From Promethearchaeota archaeon (lineage in GTDB: Archaea; Asgardarchaeota; Thorarchaeia; Thorarchaeales; Thorarchaeaceae): a DNA stretch of 13,197 nucleotides. Shown piece after piece: positions 5,422-12,608 of the stretch (the first letter of the stretch is position 1; every line of letters begins with the position of its first letter). A program made the position numbers and the translations under genes. The DNA is taken from contig JALVPN010000111.1 in NCBI GenBank assembly GCA_027031765.1, forward strand, positions 1 through 13,197, written 5' to 3'. The notes under the pieces are model-generated. The model made no database searches and was not told the DNA's origin. It was given only the letters and a program-made list of their open reading frames with translations.

Positions 5422-6900
5422 TTGCATGACACTACAAGGACTGCAGTAGCCATAGGACTCGTTGTAGCGCTTGCCGTCCAGTTCCTCGCACTACCAGCCC
5501 AGGTGACCGCCTATACTCCCGGCGACGAGGCGGCGGTGTTCGGACACACCTTTGACGAGGAGTACTGGACGAACGACTCAATCATAGTGCAGACGAAGTA
5601 TGGCAACGCGAGTTTCACGGCGTCCTACGTGCACGTGGACACCTTCTCATCGTTCCTAGTCGCGTTCAACCGCATAGTGACGAACGGCAGTAAGGAGATC
5701 ATGCTCCCGTACCAGCTGTTCGGGATGCACTACCTGACACCGGGACAGGAGGAGGTGTTCATTGGGGCGGTATTCGCGTTCCTCATGGTGCACAATGAGA
5801 CATATGGGAACAACAGCCTGCCAGATGTTGGTCACGAGGCGTCATGGTTCGTGATACCCATGTCGACTGGGAACCCATGGCCTGATGTGACACCACAGGT
5901 CGAGGCCATCCCAGCTGAGAAGCTCGGGGATGGACACTACAGGTTCGGCATGAGGTACATCGACATGCCCGCGCGTGTCGTGGCCACAAACAGTACAGGT
6001 GGTTTCATAGCGTCGCTCCTGCTCCCAATCCTCACCGTCCTGGTCAGCGAGATCAGGATTGAGTACGACATAAGGATAGACAATGCTACAGGCGAGGTGC
6101 GTGCCGAGACCCTGTACACGATTGGCCAGGTCGAACGTGCTAGACTGCTCGGCGTGGGGGCGGTGGAGCCCTCGGACATAATCAACGAACAGATGGAAAT
6201 CAGTGCGGTACACTACCTCTCAGTGTTCACCAGCAAGTACACTGTGGCAAACGCAACGTCCGGACAGACGCTAGTCCCGCCCACAAGGACTCAGCCTCTC
6301 AACAACAACATCACAGTCCGTGTGGGTGATGACAGCGAGCGGGCACTGGATGTGGGCCTGGGCCGGGAGTACTCGCTGTACAACGAGAGCACAGACCCGT
6401 GGACGCTGGTCTCAGACAACGAAACCGCACTCAACTCGTTGCTCGCCGCGAAGAAGAAGGACTTCGTCCTGATTGCATGGCAGGCACCACTCTCCGCGTT
6501 CATCTTGGCCCACATGGCATACGGCCTCTCTAGTACAATCAGGGAGCGCTATCCCACCGTACAGGCCCTCGTCAACAACGCCACCAATGAGTTCCACTCC
6601 AGCCAGTGGTGGTATGCCGTGACCTTCCCCAAGTGGAACGGCCTACGTGTCCAGCAGGACCCGTCCTATGTGGCACACACGGATCTCGCTGAGACCACGA
6701 CCACTACCACCACCACATCATCAACAACATCATCAACCACCACCACCACATCATCAACAACAACTACCACCACTACCAGTACGAACGGCACGACAACACC
6801 CGGTGCACCATCACCGGTCAGGACGGGGCCGATACTCGTAGTGGCAGGCATTGTTGGCGTCATTGTGATAGTAGTGGTGGTCATGAAGAGAAGACACTAG
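5422..6900 (+). CDS. secreted, heavily N-glycosylatable cell-surface protein with a Thr/Ser-rich stalk and C-terminal transmembrane anchor (S-layer-like or surface glycoprotein)
   Basis: The N-terminus 'MHDTTRTAVAIGLVVALAVQFLALPAQVTA|YTPGD' looks like a signal peptide. There are 13 N-x-S/T sequons (NDS, NAS, NGS, NET, NNS, NST, NAT, NAT, NIT, NES, NET, NAT, NGT). The C-terminus 'TTTTTTTSSTTSSTTTTTSSTTTTTTTSTNGTTTPGAPSPVRTGPILVVAGIVGVIVIVVVVMKRRH' is a stalk, a TM helix and a basic tail, with no PGF motif. The only in-frame start after the upstream TAG is the TTG at 5422. Stop is TAG at 6898-6900. Confidence 0.75.
   Translation: MHDTTRTAVAIGLVVALAVQFLALPAQVTAYTPGDEAAVFGHTFDEEYWTNDSIIVQTKYGNASFTASYVHVDTFSSFLVAFNRIVTNGSKEIMLPYQLFGMHYLTPGQEEVFIGAVFAFLMVHNETYGNNSLPDVGHEASWFVIPMSTGNPWPDVTPQVEAIPAEKLGDGHYRFGMRYIDMPARVVATNSTGGFIASLLLPILTVLVSEIRIEYDIRIDNATGEVRAETLYTIGQVERARLLGVGAVEPSDIINEQMEISAVHYLSVFTSKYTVANATSGQTLVPPTRTQPLNNNITVRVGDDSERALDVGLGREYSLYNESTDPWTLVSDNETALNSLLAAKKKDFVLIAWQAPLSAFILAHMAYGLSSTIRERYPTVQALVNNATNEFHSSQWWYAVTFPKWNGLRVQQDPSYVAHTDLAETTTTTTTTSSTTSSTTTTTSSTTTTTTTSTNGTTTPGAPSPVRTGPILVVAGIVGVIVIVVVVMKRRH
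6694..6780 (+). repeat. coding low-complexity tandem repeat (ACC/ACA/TCA codon repeats; unit ~'CCACCACATCATCAACAACA' x2) encoding the Thr/Ser stalk
   Basis: 'accacgaccactaccaccaccacatcatcaacaacatcatcaaccaccaccaccacatcatcaacaacaactaccaccactacc' is directly visible within the CDS. Confidence 0.6.
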
Positions 6901-6910
6901 CACAGAGGAT

Positions 6911-6958
6911 GTGGCCCGGCCGACGCACAGAGGCCTGGCCACCTGCCTTCTTTTTTCC
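6911..6958 (+). terminator. hairpin plus T-run terminator downstream of the surface-protein gene
   Basis: 'gtggcccggcc' (6911-6921) pairs with 'ggcctggccac' (6932-6942) as a 10-bp stem with one mismatch and a 10-nt loop. It is followed by 'ttcttttttcc' (6948-6958) and begins 11 nt after the TAG stop. Confidence 0.5.
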
Positions 6959-7251
6959 GACAGCCTGACAGTGCCTCACCAGTTGCGAGCCCGTCCACAC
7001 GGTTCAGACTGCTGTGTACTGCTGTAGCACGCTGAGTGGCTGTGTGACTCGGTGGGTGAAGGAACCGACAGGTCTGCAACACGACCAGAAGACCACAACA
7101 TACGGACGGCAGCATGCAGCCCTGGTCGATGAAGGTACCTCCGGTGCAGCTCCTGTGGAAAAACGTCACCGGGTGGTGTCATGGGGCACCACAGCGTACT
7201 GTCAGACAGCAGTACCTGCAAGATGGGCTAGCAACTGCCACTCTACTGCTT

Positions 7252-7287
7252 GGGAAAAATAGTGGGGGCAGTAGGGACGACCCCCAC
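7252..7287 (-). terminator. hairpin plus T-run terminator downstream of the 186-aa gene
   Basis: The minus strand reads 5'-GTGGGGG-tcgtccctactg-CCCCCAC-TATTTTTCCC-3'. In plus coordinates the stem arms are 7281-7287 and 7262-7268, and the T-run is 7252-7261. This is a perfect 7-bp GC stem starting 19 nt after the TAG stop (7306-7308). Confidence 0.55.
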
Positions 7288-7305
7288 CTGCGACGCAAGC
7301 GAGGG

Positions 7306-7866
7306 CTAGTCCTGATAGCCCTTCATGTACCCCTCGCGCTGCTTCCACTTCTCTTCGAGGCGCTGCATGATCTGCCACATGCGGTACGTGTACTCCCATG
7401 CCTTGTCAAACTTGCCTTGGTTCATCTCATCGAGGAACTCCTCAACGACATCATTGATGTTACCGATGTCCTCGATTATTGTGGCGTCGAACTCGTATAC
7501 ACGGTCGAGCTCCTTCTCGTCAATCTTCTCCTTGGAGCCCCACGCTGCATAGCCGTAGTCGGCGTAACGGATGGCCCGCACGAGCTTGTCGGTCAGTGCG
7601 AGCATGCGGTCGAAAGTGTCCCAGACCTTTGTCAGGTTGTAGTCGACCACCATCATCTGTAGCTTCTCCAGGTCCTGCTGCACGAGCCGGAGCTGGTCTG
7701 CCAGGAACTCACGGAGGACCTTGTCTGCGGCGCGGCGCTCCTCCTTCGACTGATACCCATGCCAACCAGGGATGTAGTGCGTAATCAGCCCAAAGAACCC
7801 GCCCTTGACGTCCTTTGCGGCCTTTTTCCTAATCCTCTTTGCAATCGGGTCAGTGACCTTACCCAT
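7306..7866 (-). CDS. hypothetical protein (186 aa; basic N-terminus 'MGKVTDPIAKRIRKKAAKDVKGGFFGLI', Trp/Tyr-rich helical body)
   Basis: Start is ATG at 7864-7866 and stop is TAG at 7306-7308. GC3 bias is strong. A SD-like 'GGAGAC' lies ~10 nt upstream, and a TATA-like 'TTTTTAAG' (plus 7941-7948) lies ~75 bp upstream. The antisense ORF 7114..7662 is Leu-rich and artefactual. I recognise no family. Confidence 0.65.
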   Translation of the reverse strand: MGKVTDPIAKRIRKKAAKDVKGGFFGLITHYIPGWHGYQSKEERRAADKVLREFLADQLRLVQQDLEKLQMMVVDYNLTKVWDTFDRMLALTDKLVRAIRYADYGYAAWGSKEKIDEKELDRVYEFDATIIEDIGNINDVVEEFLDEMNQGKFDKAWEYTYRMWQIMQRLEEKWKQREGYMKGYQD

Positions 7867-7968
7867 ATGTCATTGTCTCCTGACTATCTGTGCAACCCAC
7901 ATAGCGTGGAGTGGGTTGACCCGCCATCCTGTACTCACTTTTGCTTAAAAAGAATCTCACGCGATACA

Positions 7969-8048
7969 CCCCACACACCACACACCACACACACCACACA
8001 CCACACACACCACACACACCACACCACACACCACACACCACACACACC
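7969..8048. repeat. degenerate microsatellite CCA(CA)1-3, 10 units ('ccacaca'/'ccacacaca'/'ccaca'), CA/TG alternating
   Basis: Read directly as 'ccacaca ccacaca ccacacaca ccacaca ccacacaca ccacacaca ccaca ccacaca ccacaca ccacacaca cc'. It is intergenic, lying ~100-180 bp upstream of the 186-aa gene start and ~200 bp downstream of the MAT stop. Confidence 0.9.
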
Positions 8049-8252
8049 TGACACCTGATAGGGGCGACCGTACACTGAGAGCCCGAGCGGCTGCGCGGGG
8101 ACAGGAGCCGTGGACGCGCCGGGTAGGGGCACTGTCAGGTGGGAAACGGCTGCTCCCCCGCAGCGGGACGTGCCTGACAGGCATATGGGGGAGCAGACAA
8201 CCCACGGTGGAGGGAGAGGGATGGGGAGGGCAGTGTCGCCCTCGTCCTGTGC

Positions 8253-9446
8253 TCACCACAGCTGGTACTCTCTCTTGACAAACCCCTTCCAGACCGTCGG
8301 GAGTTTGGCAATGACCTCTTCGGCTATGCTCTCCACGGAGCTGGACATCTGCTCGACATTACAGTCCCCGAACACCTCGATGTTGACTGTCTTGGGCTCA
8401 GTGATGGGCGCCCCGATCTGGCTGACGAGGTAGCAGTAGACCTGGTCTATGTCCGGGTGCTCCTCGGCAATGCGATGGACAATCTCGCGGGCGGCAACGT
8501 TGTAGGTCTTACCCACATGTGAAACAGGGTTCTTGCCCGCTGCGGCCTCTAGTGTCATTGGTCTGTAGGGGGTTATCAGGCCGTTTGCACGGTTGCCACG
8601 CCCGACCTGGCCGTCGTCGCCGTGCTCAGCAGATGTGCCCGTGACAGTGAGGTAGAAGAGGCCCTCATCCGGCCGGTCCGCGGTGTTGACGCTGACCTCA
8701 ACGTTCAGGTCTGTCAGCCTCACCGCCAAGTCCGACACCATCTCCCGGATGCCGTCCATGACGCTCTGGTACTCGTCAGCGTCCCGGGTCTCGGTGGAGA
8801 TGATTGCAGCTGCAATCTGGATGTGCAGGTCGTCACCGACCCGGGTACCCATGACCTTGATGTCCTCACCAATCTGCGGCCACTGGGTCTTGATACGGTC
8901 GCTGTTGAGGAGGAGCTCGGTCTCCAGGACGACCTTCTCGGTGGGTGAGAGAGGGGCATAGCCGACACCGAAGCTGGTGTCGTTCGCGCGGGGAATCTCC
9001 ACATCGCCCTCGAAGTTGCCAACAAGGTCTGTGCTACCGGCCCGGATACGGTAGTCGATGATGATGTCCGAGTTCGCATCAAGGTGGGGCAGGTCATGGT
9101 GCAGCCACGACCTGGTGTGCTCTACTGCGAACTTGCCGACGGGCACCTGGCGTTCATAGTCCTTGTCCACAACATCGACGGCGCGCCCGCTCAGGAGCAG
9201 GTAGATCGGCTCGATGACGTCCCCGCCACCAAACCTGACGTTCGACTGTCCGCCCACAAGCAGGACCTTGTCCACGTTGTGGTGCATCACCCGTCCGAAT
9301 GATTCGAGGTAGTACTCGCTCAGGCGGATGGACAGTTCCTCGGCTGCCTTGTCACACAGGGTATCGGGATGGCCCTTGCCCTTGCGCTCAACAATTTCCA
9401 CATTCCGTTTGTGTACCGGGGGCCCTGCTACATGACCAGGGGCCAC
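8253..9446 (-). CDS. mat: S-adenosylmethionine synthetase, archaeal type (methionine adenosyltransferase, EC 2.5.1.6)
   Basis: 'EIVERKGKGHPDTLCDKAAEELS', 'HHNVDKVLLVGGQSNVRFGGGDVIEPIYLLLSGRAV', 'ANDTSFGVGYAPLSPTEKVVLETE', 'GEDIKVMGTR', 'FYLTVTGTSAEHGDDGQVGRGNRANGLITPYRPMTLEAAAGKNPVSHVGKTYNVAAREI' are nearly block-identical to Methanocaldococcus and Thermococcus MAT as I recall them. Start is GTG at 9444-9446 with no in-frame ATG nearby, and the AT-rich 'gtaattac' box ~27 bp upstream is consistent with a leaderless mRNA. Stop is 8253-8255. Confidence 0.92.
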   Translation of the reverse strand: MAPGHVAGPPVHKRNVEIVERKGKGHPDTLCDKAAEELSIRLSEYYLESFGRVMHHNVDKVLLVGGQSNVRFGGGDVIEPIYLLLSGRAVDVVDKDYERQVPVGKFAVEHTRSWLHHDLPHLDANSDIIIDYRIRAGSTDLVGNFEGDVEIPRANDTSFGVGYAPLSPTEKVVLETELLLNSDRIKTQWPQIGEDIKVMGTRVGDDLHIQIAAAIISTETRDADEYQSVMDGIREMVSDLAVRLTDLNVEVSVNTADRPDEGLFYLTVTGTSAEHGDDGQVGRGNRANGLITPYRPMTLEAAAGKNPVSHVGKTYNVAAREIVHRIAEEHPDIDQVYCYLVSQIGAPITEPKTVNIEVFGDCNVEQMSSSVESIAEEVIAKLPTVWKGFVKREYQLW

Positions 9447-9523
9447 CGGTGTCCTTATATACCTTCCCGTATGTAATTACCTACAGTAAACGTCTATTAC
9501 TAATGGTAATTGCCGGTGTGAGA
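9447..9523. promoter_or_regulatory. shared divergent promoter/operator region between mat and the HTH-CBS gene
   Basis: This is an AT island in GC-rich DNA, 'ccttatatacc...atgtaattacctacagtaaacgtctattactaatggtaattgcc'. It carries TATA-like 'TTATATA' (9455-9461), an 8-bp perfect palindrome 'GTAATTAC' (9473-9480), and an imperfect inverted partner 'GGTAATTGC' (9505-9513) 23 bp away. Confidence 0.4.
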
Positions 9524-10072
9524 ATGATATCAGTCGAAGAGATCAGGAGGCTCAGACGGAACGCGGGCATGAGCCAGGCCGACCTTGCTGCAGAGGTAGG
9601 GGTCTCACAGTCATACATTGCGCGGATGGAGGGCGGCACCCTGGACCCAAAGCTGTCGGTGGTGAACGCCATCCTAGAGGTGGTCTACGGGCGTCGGGGT
9701 AGGACATGTGCTGAGATAATGACGCCAGACCCCGAGACCGTGGACGCCCGCCAGACAGTAGCAGTAGCAATCGCAAAGATGCGGGCCGGGGACTACTCGC
9801 AACTGCCAGTTGTCAGGGGGCTCAGGGTTGTGGGGTGCATCACCCTTGCCGACATCGTGAACAACATGGACCACGACCTTACAGAGATGGCAGTGGAGAC
9901 CATCATGGACCCGAGGGGGGTGCCCGTGGTAAACGAAGAGACCCCTATCAACGACGTGCTACCCCTCTTCAAGAGCTATCAGGCAGTAGTGGTCCTCAGA
10001 CACGGCCGCGTGAGCGGCATCATCACGGTCTACGACCTGCTCAAGCTCCTGTTGCCGCACTCGCTGATGTGA
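9524..10072 (+). CDS. transcriptional regulator: N-terminal HTH (XRE-type) domain fused to a CBS-domain pair
   Basis: Translation from the ATG at 9524 is 'MISVEEIRRLRRNAGMSQADLAAEVGVSQSYIARMEGG', a classic XRE helix-turn-helix. Two CBS motifs follow: 'AEIMTPDPETVDARQTVAVAIAKMRAGDYSQLPVVRGLRVVGCITLADIV' and 'VETIMDPRGVPVVNEETPINDVLPLFKSYQAVVVLRHGRVSGIITVYDLLKLL'. The six-frame start at 9299 overlaps mat and is implausible; the ATG at 9503 is an alternative. Stop is TGA at 10070-10072. Confidence 0.75.
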   Translation: MISVEEIRRLRRNAGMSQADLAAEVGVSQSYIARMEGGTLDPKLSVVNAILEVVYGRRGRTCAEIMTPDPETVDARQTVAVAIAKMRAGDYSQLPVVRGLRVVGCITLADIVNNMDHDLTEMAVETIMDPRGVPVVNEETPINDVLPLFKSYQAVVVLRHGRVSGIITVYDLLKLLLPHSLM

Positions 10073-10117
10073 GGGGACACGTCCTGCAGGCATGCTGTCC
10101 GAGGAGGGGCGCGCAGA

Positions 10118-10132
10118 ATAAGTTATAAGATA
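10118..10132 (+). promoter_or_regulatory. TATA-like box 'aagttataagata' upstream of the 218-aa gene
   Basis: An AT-rich island ~35-45 bp upstream of the TTG start at 10165. Confidence 0.3.
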
Positions 10133-10164
10133 TCCAGTGAATGAAGGGACTGGAGCAATGAGAC

Positions 10165-10821
10165 TTGTCGCGCGAGATAGACCTTCTTGAGGAGCTCAGG
10201 GACGGCATTGACACGTTTGTCGAGCGCTGGGCAAAGATCCAGCGCAACTCGGTAAAGTCAATACAGGCCGTGACGAACACCATTGTACAGATAGAGCACC
10301 TTGATGGCCCGCTGGGCAACCTGGAGGACTTCCAGAACATCCGGGAGAACACGCGTGGCAAGCTATTGGTCCACCTCTTCGACAAGCTTGTCCCGGCCCT
10401 GGAGACCTCCATCAAGGAGTTCACCAAACTCATGTCGATGTTTGCAGCCTTGAAACAGAAGGTGACAACACTACAGACCTTTACAGAGTCGCTCAGGGGC
10501 AGCATCCACGAGAGACCGGATCTGGAGGACCTGGTCGGGTTCCTCGACGTAATCTTGATGAGCATCAGAGAGGTCCTCGCGATGTTCGAGTCCGAGTTCC
10601 TGGTGAAGATCACGATATTCAGGGACCTTGAGGAGGGGACCATTGACATCGGGGTCGTGAGCAACTACCTGACCGTCTGGACCGCGGAACCAAACATAGA
10701 GCACATCCTCATGGAGAAACTCCTGAAAGATGTGGACGAGCACATGGAAGCCGTCCGTGACGTCTTTGAGGGGAAGACCGGGGTGCGCCTGCCGGACATG
10801 TACAGGAAGGTGTCGTACTGA
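10165..10821 (+). CDS. hypothetical all-alpha protein (218 aa)
   Basis: The TTG at 10165 is the only start codon available, one codon after an in-frame TGA. The sequence 'MSREIDLLEELRDGIDTFVERWAKIQRNSVKSIQ...' is helical, with strong GC3 bias. The antisense ORFs 10041..10664 and 10471..10989 are Ser/Arg/Pro-rich artefacts. I recognise no family. Confidence 0.6.
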   Translation: MSREIDLLEELRDGIDTFVERWAKIQRNSVKSIQAVTNTIVQIEHLDGPLGNLEDFQNIRENTRGKLLVHLFDKLVPALETSIKEFTKLMSMFAALKQKVTTLQTFTESLRGSIHERPDLEDLVGFLDVILMSIREVLAMFESEFLVKITIFRDLEEGTIDIGVVSNYLTVWTAEPNIEHILMEKLLKDVDEHMEAVRDVFEGKTGVRLPDMYRKVSY

Positions 10822-10995
10822 GGCCACACCGGGACGGGCCGGGTGATGGGGCACGCCGGAAAGACTGTGGGCCAGACCATGACTACAGCGTTGTGACGTG
10901 GGAGGGAGTGCAGGAGGGGTGCACCACGCAGGCCGGGCGCATAGTGGCAACACACCCCCGTCAGGCCCGACAGCAGACATACTAGGCATAACACA

Positions 10996-12597
10996 CTACA
11001 TCAGCTGACCGCTCTCACACATCCGGATGCGGTTCTGTATCTCTTCGATCTCTGCCTCTAGCTCGCTCCGTCGTTCTTCGTACATGCTCTCAGATATACG
11101 CCCACGTTCGTACTCCTGCTGGTAGAACTCGAGCCGCTTTCGGAGCAACGTCTCACGTACACTGAGCTCTTCAATCCGGGCACGCTTCTCAGCGACTATC
11201 CGTCTGAGCTCGTCCTCCAGCCGGAAGATCTCCTCTTCGAGCTCGGCCTTCAGACGTGTGTAGAGTGACGGCTCGACCTTGCCCTCAGTGTAGAGGTCTA
11301 CCAGGTGGAGGAGGGCCTGTCGAGTTGCATCACGGTGAGCGGTGACCTCCCTTGCAACGTCCTCCCTCTCGACGAGGCCGAGCTTCTTTGCAAGGAAGGG
11401 TGTTGAGAGGCCCTGTACCACGAGGCTCACTACAAGCACTATGAAGACGATGGCGTTGATTGTCTGGCCCATCAGTACGTGACCGGTGACCTCGTACTCG
11501 GTGATTATTGATACGGAGATGGCTGCAAGGGCAGCACTGGCCACGCCCTTCACGCCAGCCCAACTCAGGAAGAAGCGGTCTTTGAACGACATTGTCCTGT
11601 CAGCGGCCGTCACGATGAAGACTGACGCGGGGCGTGCCACAAGGATGACGAGGGCCGCGATGACGAGGCCCAGCACCACCACGCTGCTGTTTGAGAGGAG
11701 GAACTGCGTGTCGAGCGTGTACCCCAACAACACGAAGATGGCAATCTCAAAGGCGAAGGAGACGTTGCGCATCACACCACGCATGGAACGCTGAGGGAGT
11801 ACGTCAAGGCCGACCGTCTTCGAGTTCGCCATGAATATGCCGGCGAAGACCGCAGCAAGGGCACCGGGGTGGAGACCGAGGACTGCGAACACCTCGCCGA
11901 CACCATACGCGAGGATGGGTGTGGTGGCGGTCAGGATTGCGACGTTGGTGTCAGTGCCAGTCTTGAGGAGGGTCATGCCAAGGGCATAGGCCACACCAAG
12001 GCCAATGAGCACGCCCAGTGCAACACTGGCAAAGAACTCGATGAACACCATTGGCCAGGGGCGTGAGAGCTGGGGCACCACCATTGGCTCGAAGACCGTG
12101 ATGACCAGGATGACCGCGGTGGCGTCGTTGAACACGGCCTCACCCTCCAGTATTGAGAACAGTTTGCGCTTCACACGCACGCCACCCGACTCGAGGACTG
12201 AGAACAGGGCGGCCGGGTCTGTGGGCGAGAGGACTGCACCGATGAGGAACGCCGTGACGCCGATGGTGGAGAACAGGAATATCGCCGTACCTGCTATGAG
12301 CGACGTGAGGACGACACCGAGAGTGGCCAGCAGGAGCACCGAGGAGATTGACATGCGGAGCTCCCTGACGTTCATGGTCAGGCCAGCGTAGAAGAGGACG
12401 GCGGCAAGGGTCAACTGGCCCAGGAAGTCGACACCCACCATTGAGAAGAGGTCGCCGGCAGGGAACACACCGCCGAGGATGATGCCAGCCAGTATCAGGG
12501 GTAGTGGGTACGGGAGCCTGTGCTCCTCAGCAAGCTTTGCGAGGGCAGCCCCACCAATCAGGATGGCTGCGACAAGGAACAGTCCCTCGGTGGCCAC
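10996..12597 (-). CDS. nhaP: Na+/H+ antiporter, NhaP/CPA1 type, with a ~120-aa C-terminal coiled-coil cytoplasmic tail
   Basis: It has ~11-12 hydrophobic segments. The sequence carries the CPA1 signatures 'AVLSPTDPAALFSVLESGG' (TDP) and 'EGEAVFNDATAVIL' (E-x-x-x-NDA). The tail 'EEEIFRLEDELRRIVAEKRARIEELSVRETLLRKRLEFYQQEYERGRISESMYEERRSELEAEIEEIQNRIRM' shows heptad-rich coiled coil. Start is GTG at 12595-12597, preceded by 'GAGGTG' 6 nt upstream. Stop is TAG at 10996-10998. Confidence 0.85.
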   Translation of the reverse strand: MATEGLFLVAAILIGGAALAKLAEEHRLPYPLPLILAGIILGGVFPAGDLFSMVGVDFLGQLTLAAVLFYAGLTMNVRELRMSISSVLLLATLGVVLTSLIAGTAIFLFSTIGVTAFLIGAVLSPTDPAALFSVLESGGVRVKRKLFSILEGEAVFNDATAVILVITVFEPMVVPQLSRPWPMVFIEFFASVALGVLIGLGVAYALGMTLLKTGTDTNVAILTATTPILAYGVGEVFAVLGLHPGALAAVFAGIFMANSKTVGLDVLPQRSMRGVMRNVSFAFEIAIFVLLGYTLDTQFLLSNSSVVVLGLVIAALVILVARPASVFIVTAADRTMSFKDRFFLSWAGVKGVASAALAAISVSIITEYEVTGHVLMGQTINAIVFIVLVVSLVVQGLSTPFLAKKLGLVEREDVAREVTAHRDATRQALLHLVDLYTEGKVEPSLYTRLKAELEEEIFRLEDELRRIVAEKRARIEELSVRETLLRKRLEFYQQEYERGRISESMYEERRSELEAEIEEIQNRIRMCESGQLM

Positions 12598-12608
12598 ACG
12601 CAGACACC

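Noticed and set aside
6647-6884. ORFs 6647..6841 (+, 'HHQQHHQPPPP') and 6666..6884 (-, 'VVVVVVDDVV')
   Set aside because: These are alternative-frame and antisense readings of the Thr/Ser-stalk codon repeat inside the surface-protein gene.
7114-7662. 182-aa plus-strand ORF
   Set aside because: It is a Leu-rich antisense image of the well-supported minus-strand 186-aa gene (7306..7866).
7969-8048. Telomere interpretation of the C2-3A-like repeat
   Set aside because: It is only ~80 bp and flanked on both sides by ordinary archaeal genes (mat, a hypothetical protein) with compact prokaryotic organisation, so it is internal chromosomal DNA.
7859-8259. Three overlapping minus ORFs (62, 65, 100 aa) and the plus ORF 7759..8058 with 'CGVWCGV...' or 'HTPHTTHTTHH...' translations
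   Set aside because: They are frame translations of the CCA(CA)n microsatellite and the G-rich 3' region of mat, and are not protein-like.
8622-9097. Plus ORFs 8622..8948 and 8683..8961 and minus ORF 8720..9097 inside mat
   Set aside because: These are overlapping and alternative frames of the unmistakable archaeal MAT gene.
10041-10994. Minus ORFs 10041..10664, 10471..10989 and 10665..10994
   Set aside because: They are Ser/Arg/Pro-rich antisense readings of the plus-strand 218-aa gene and of the convergent intergenic region.
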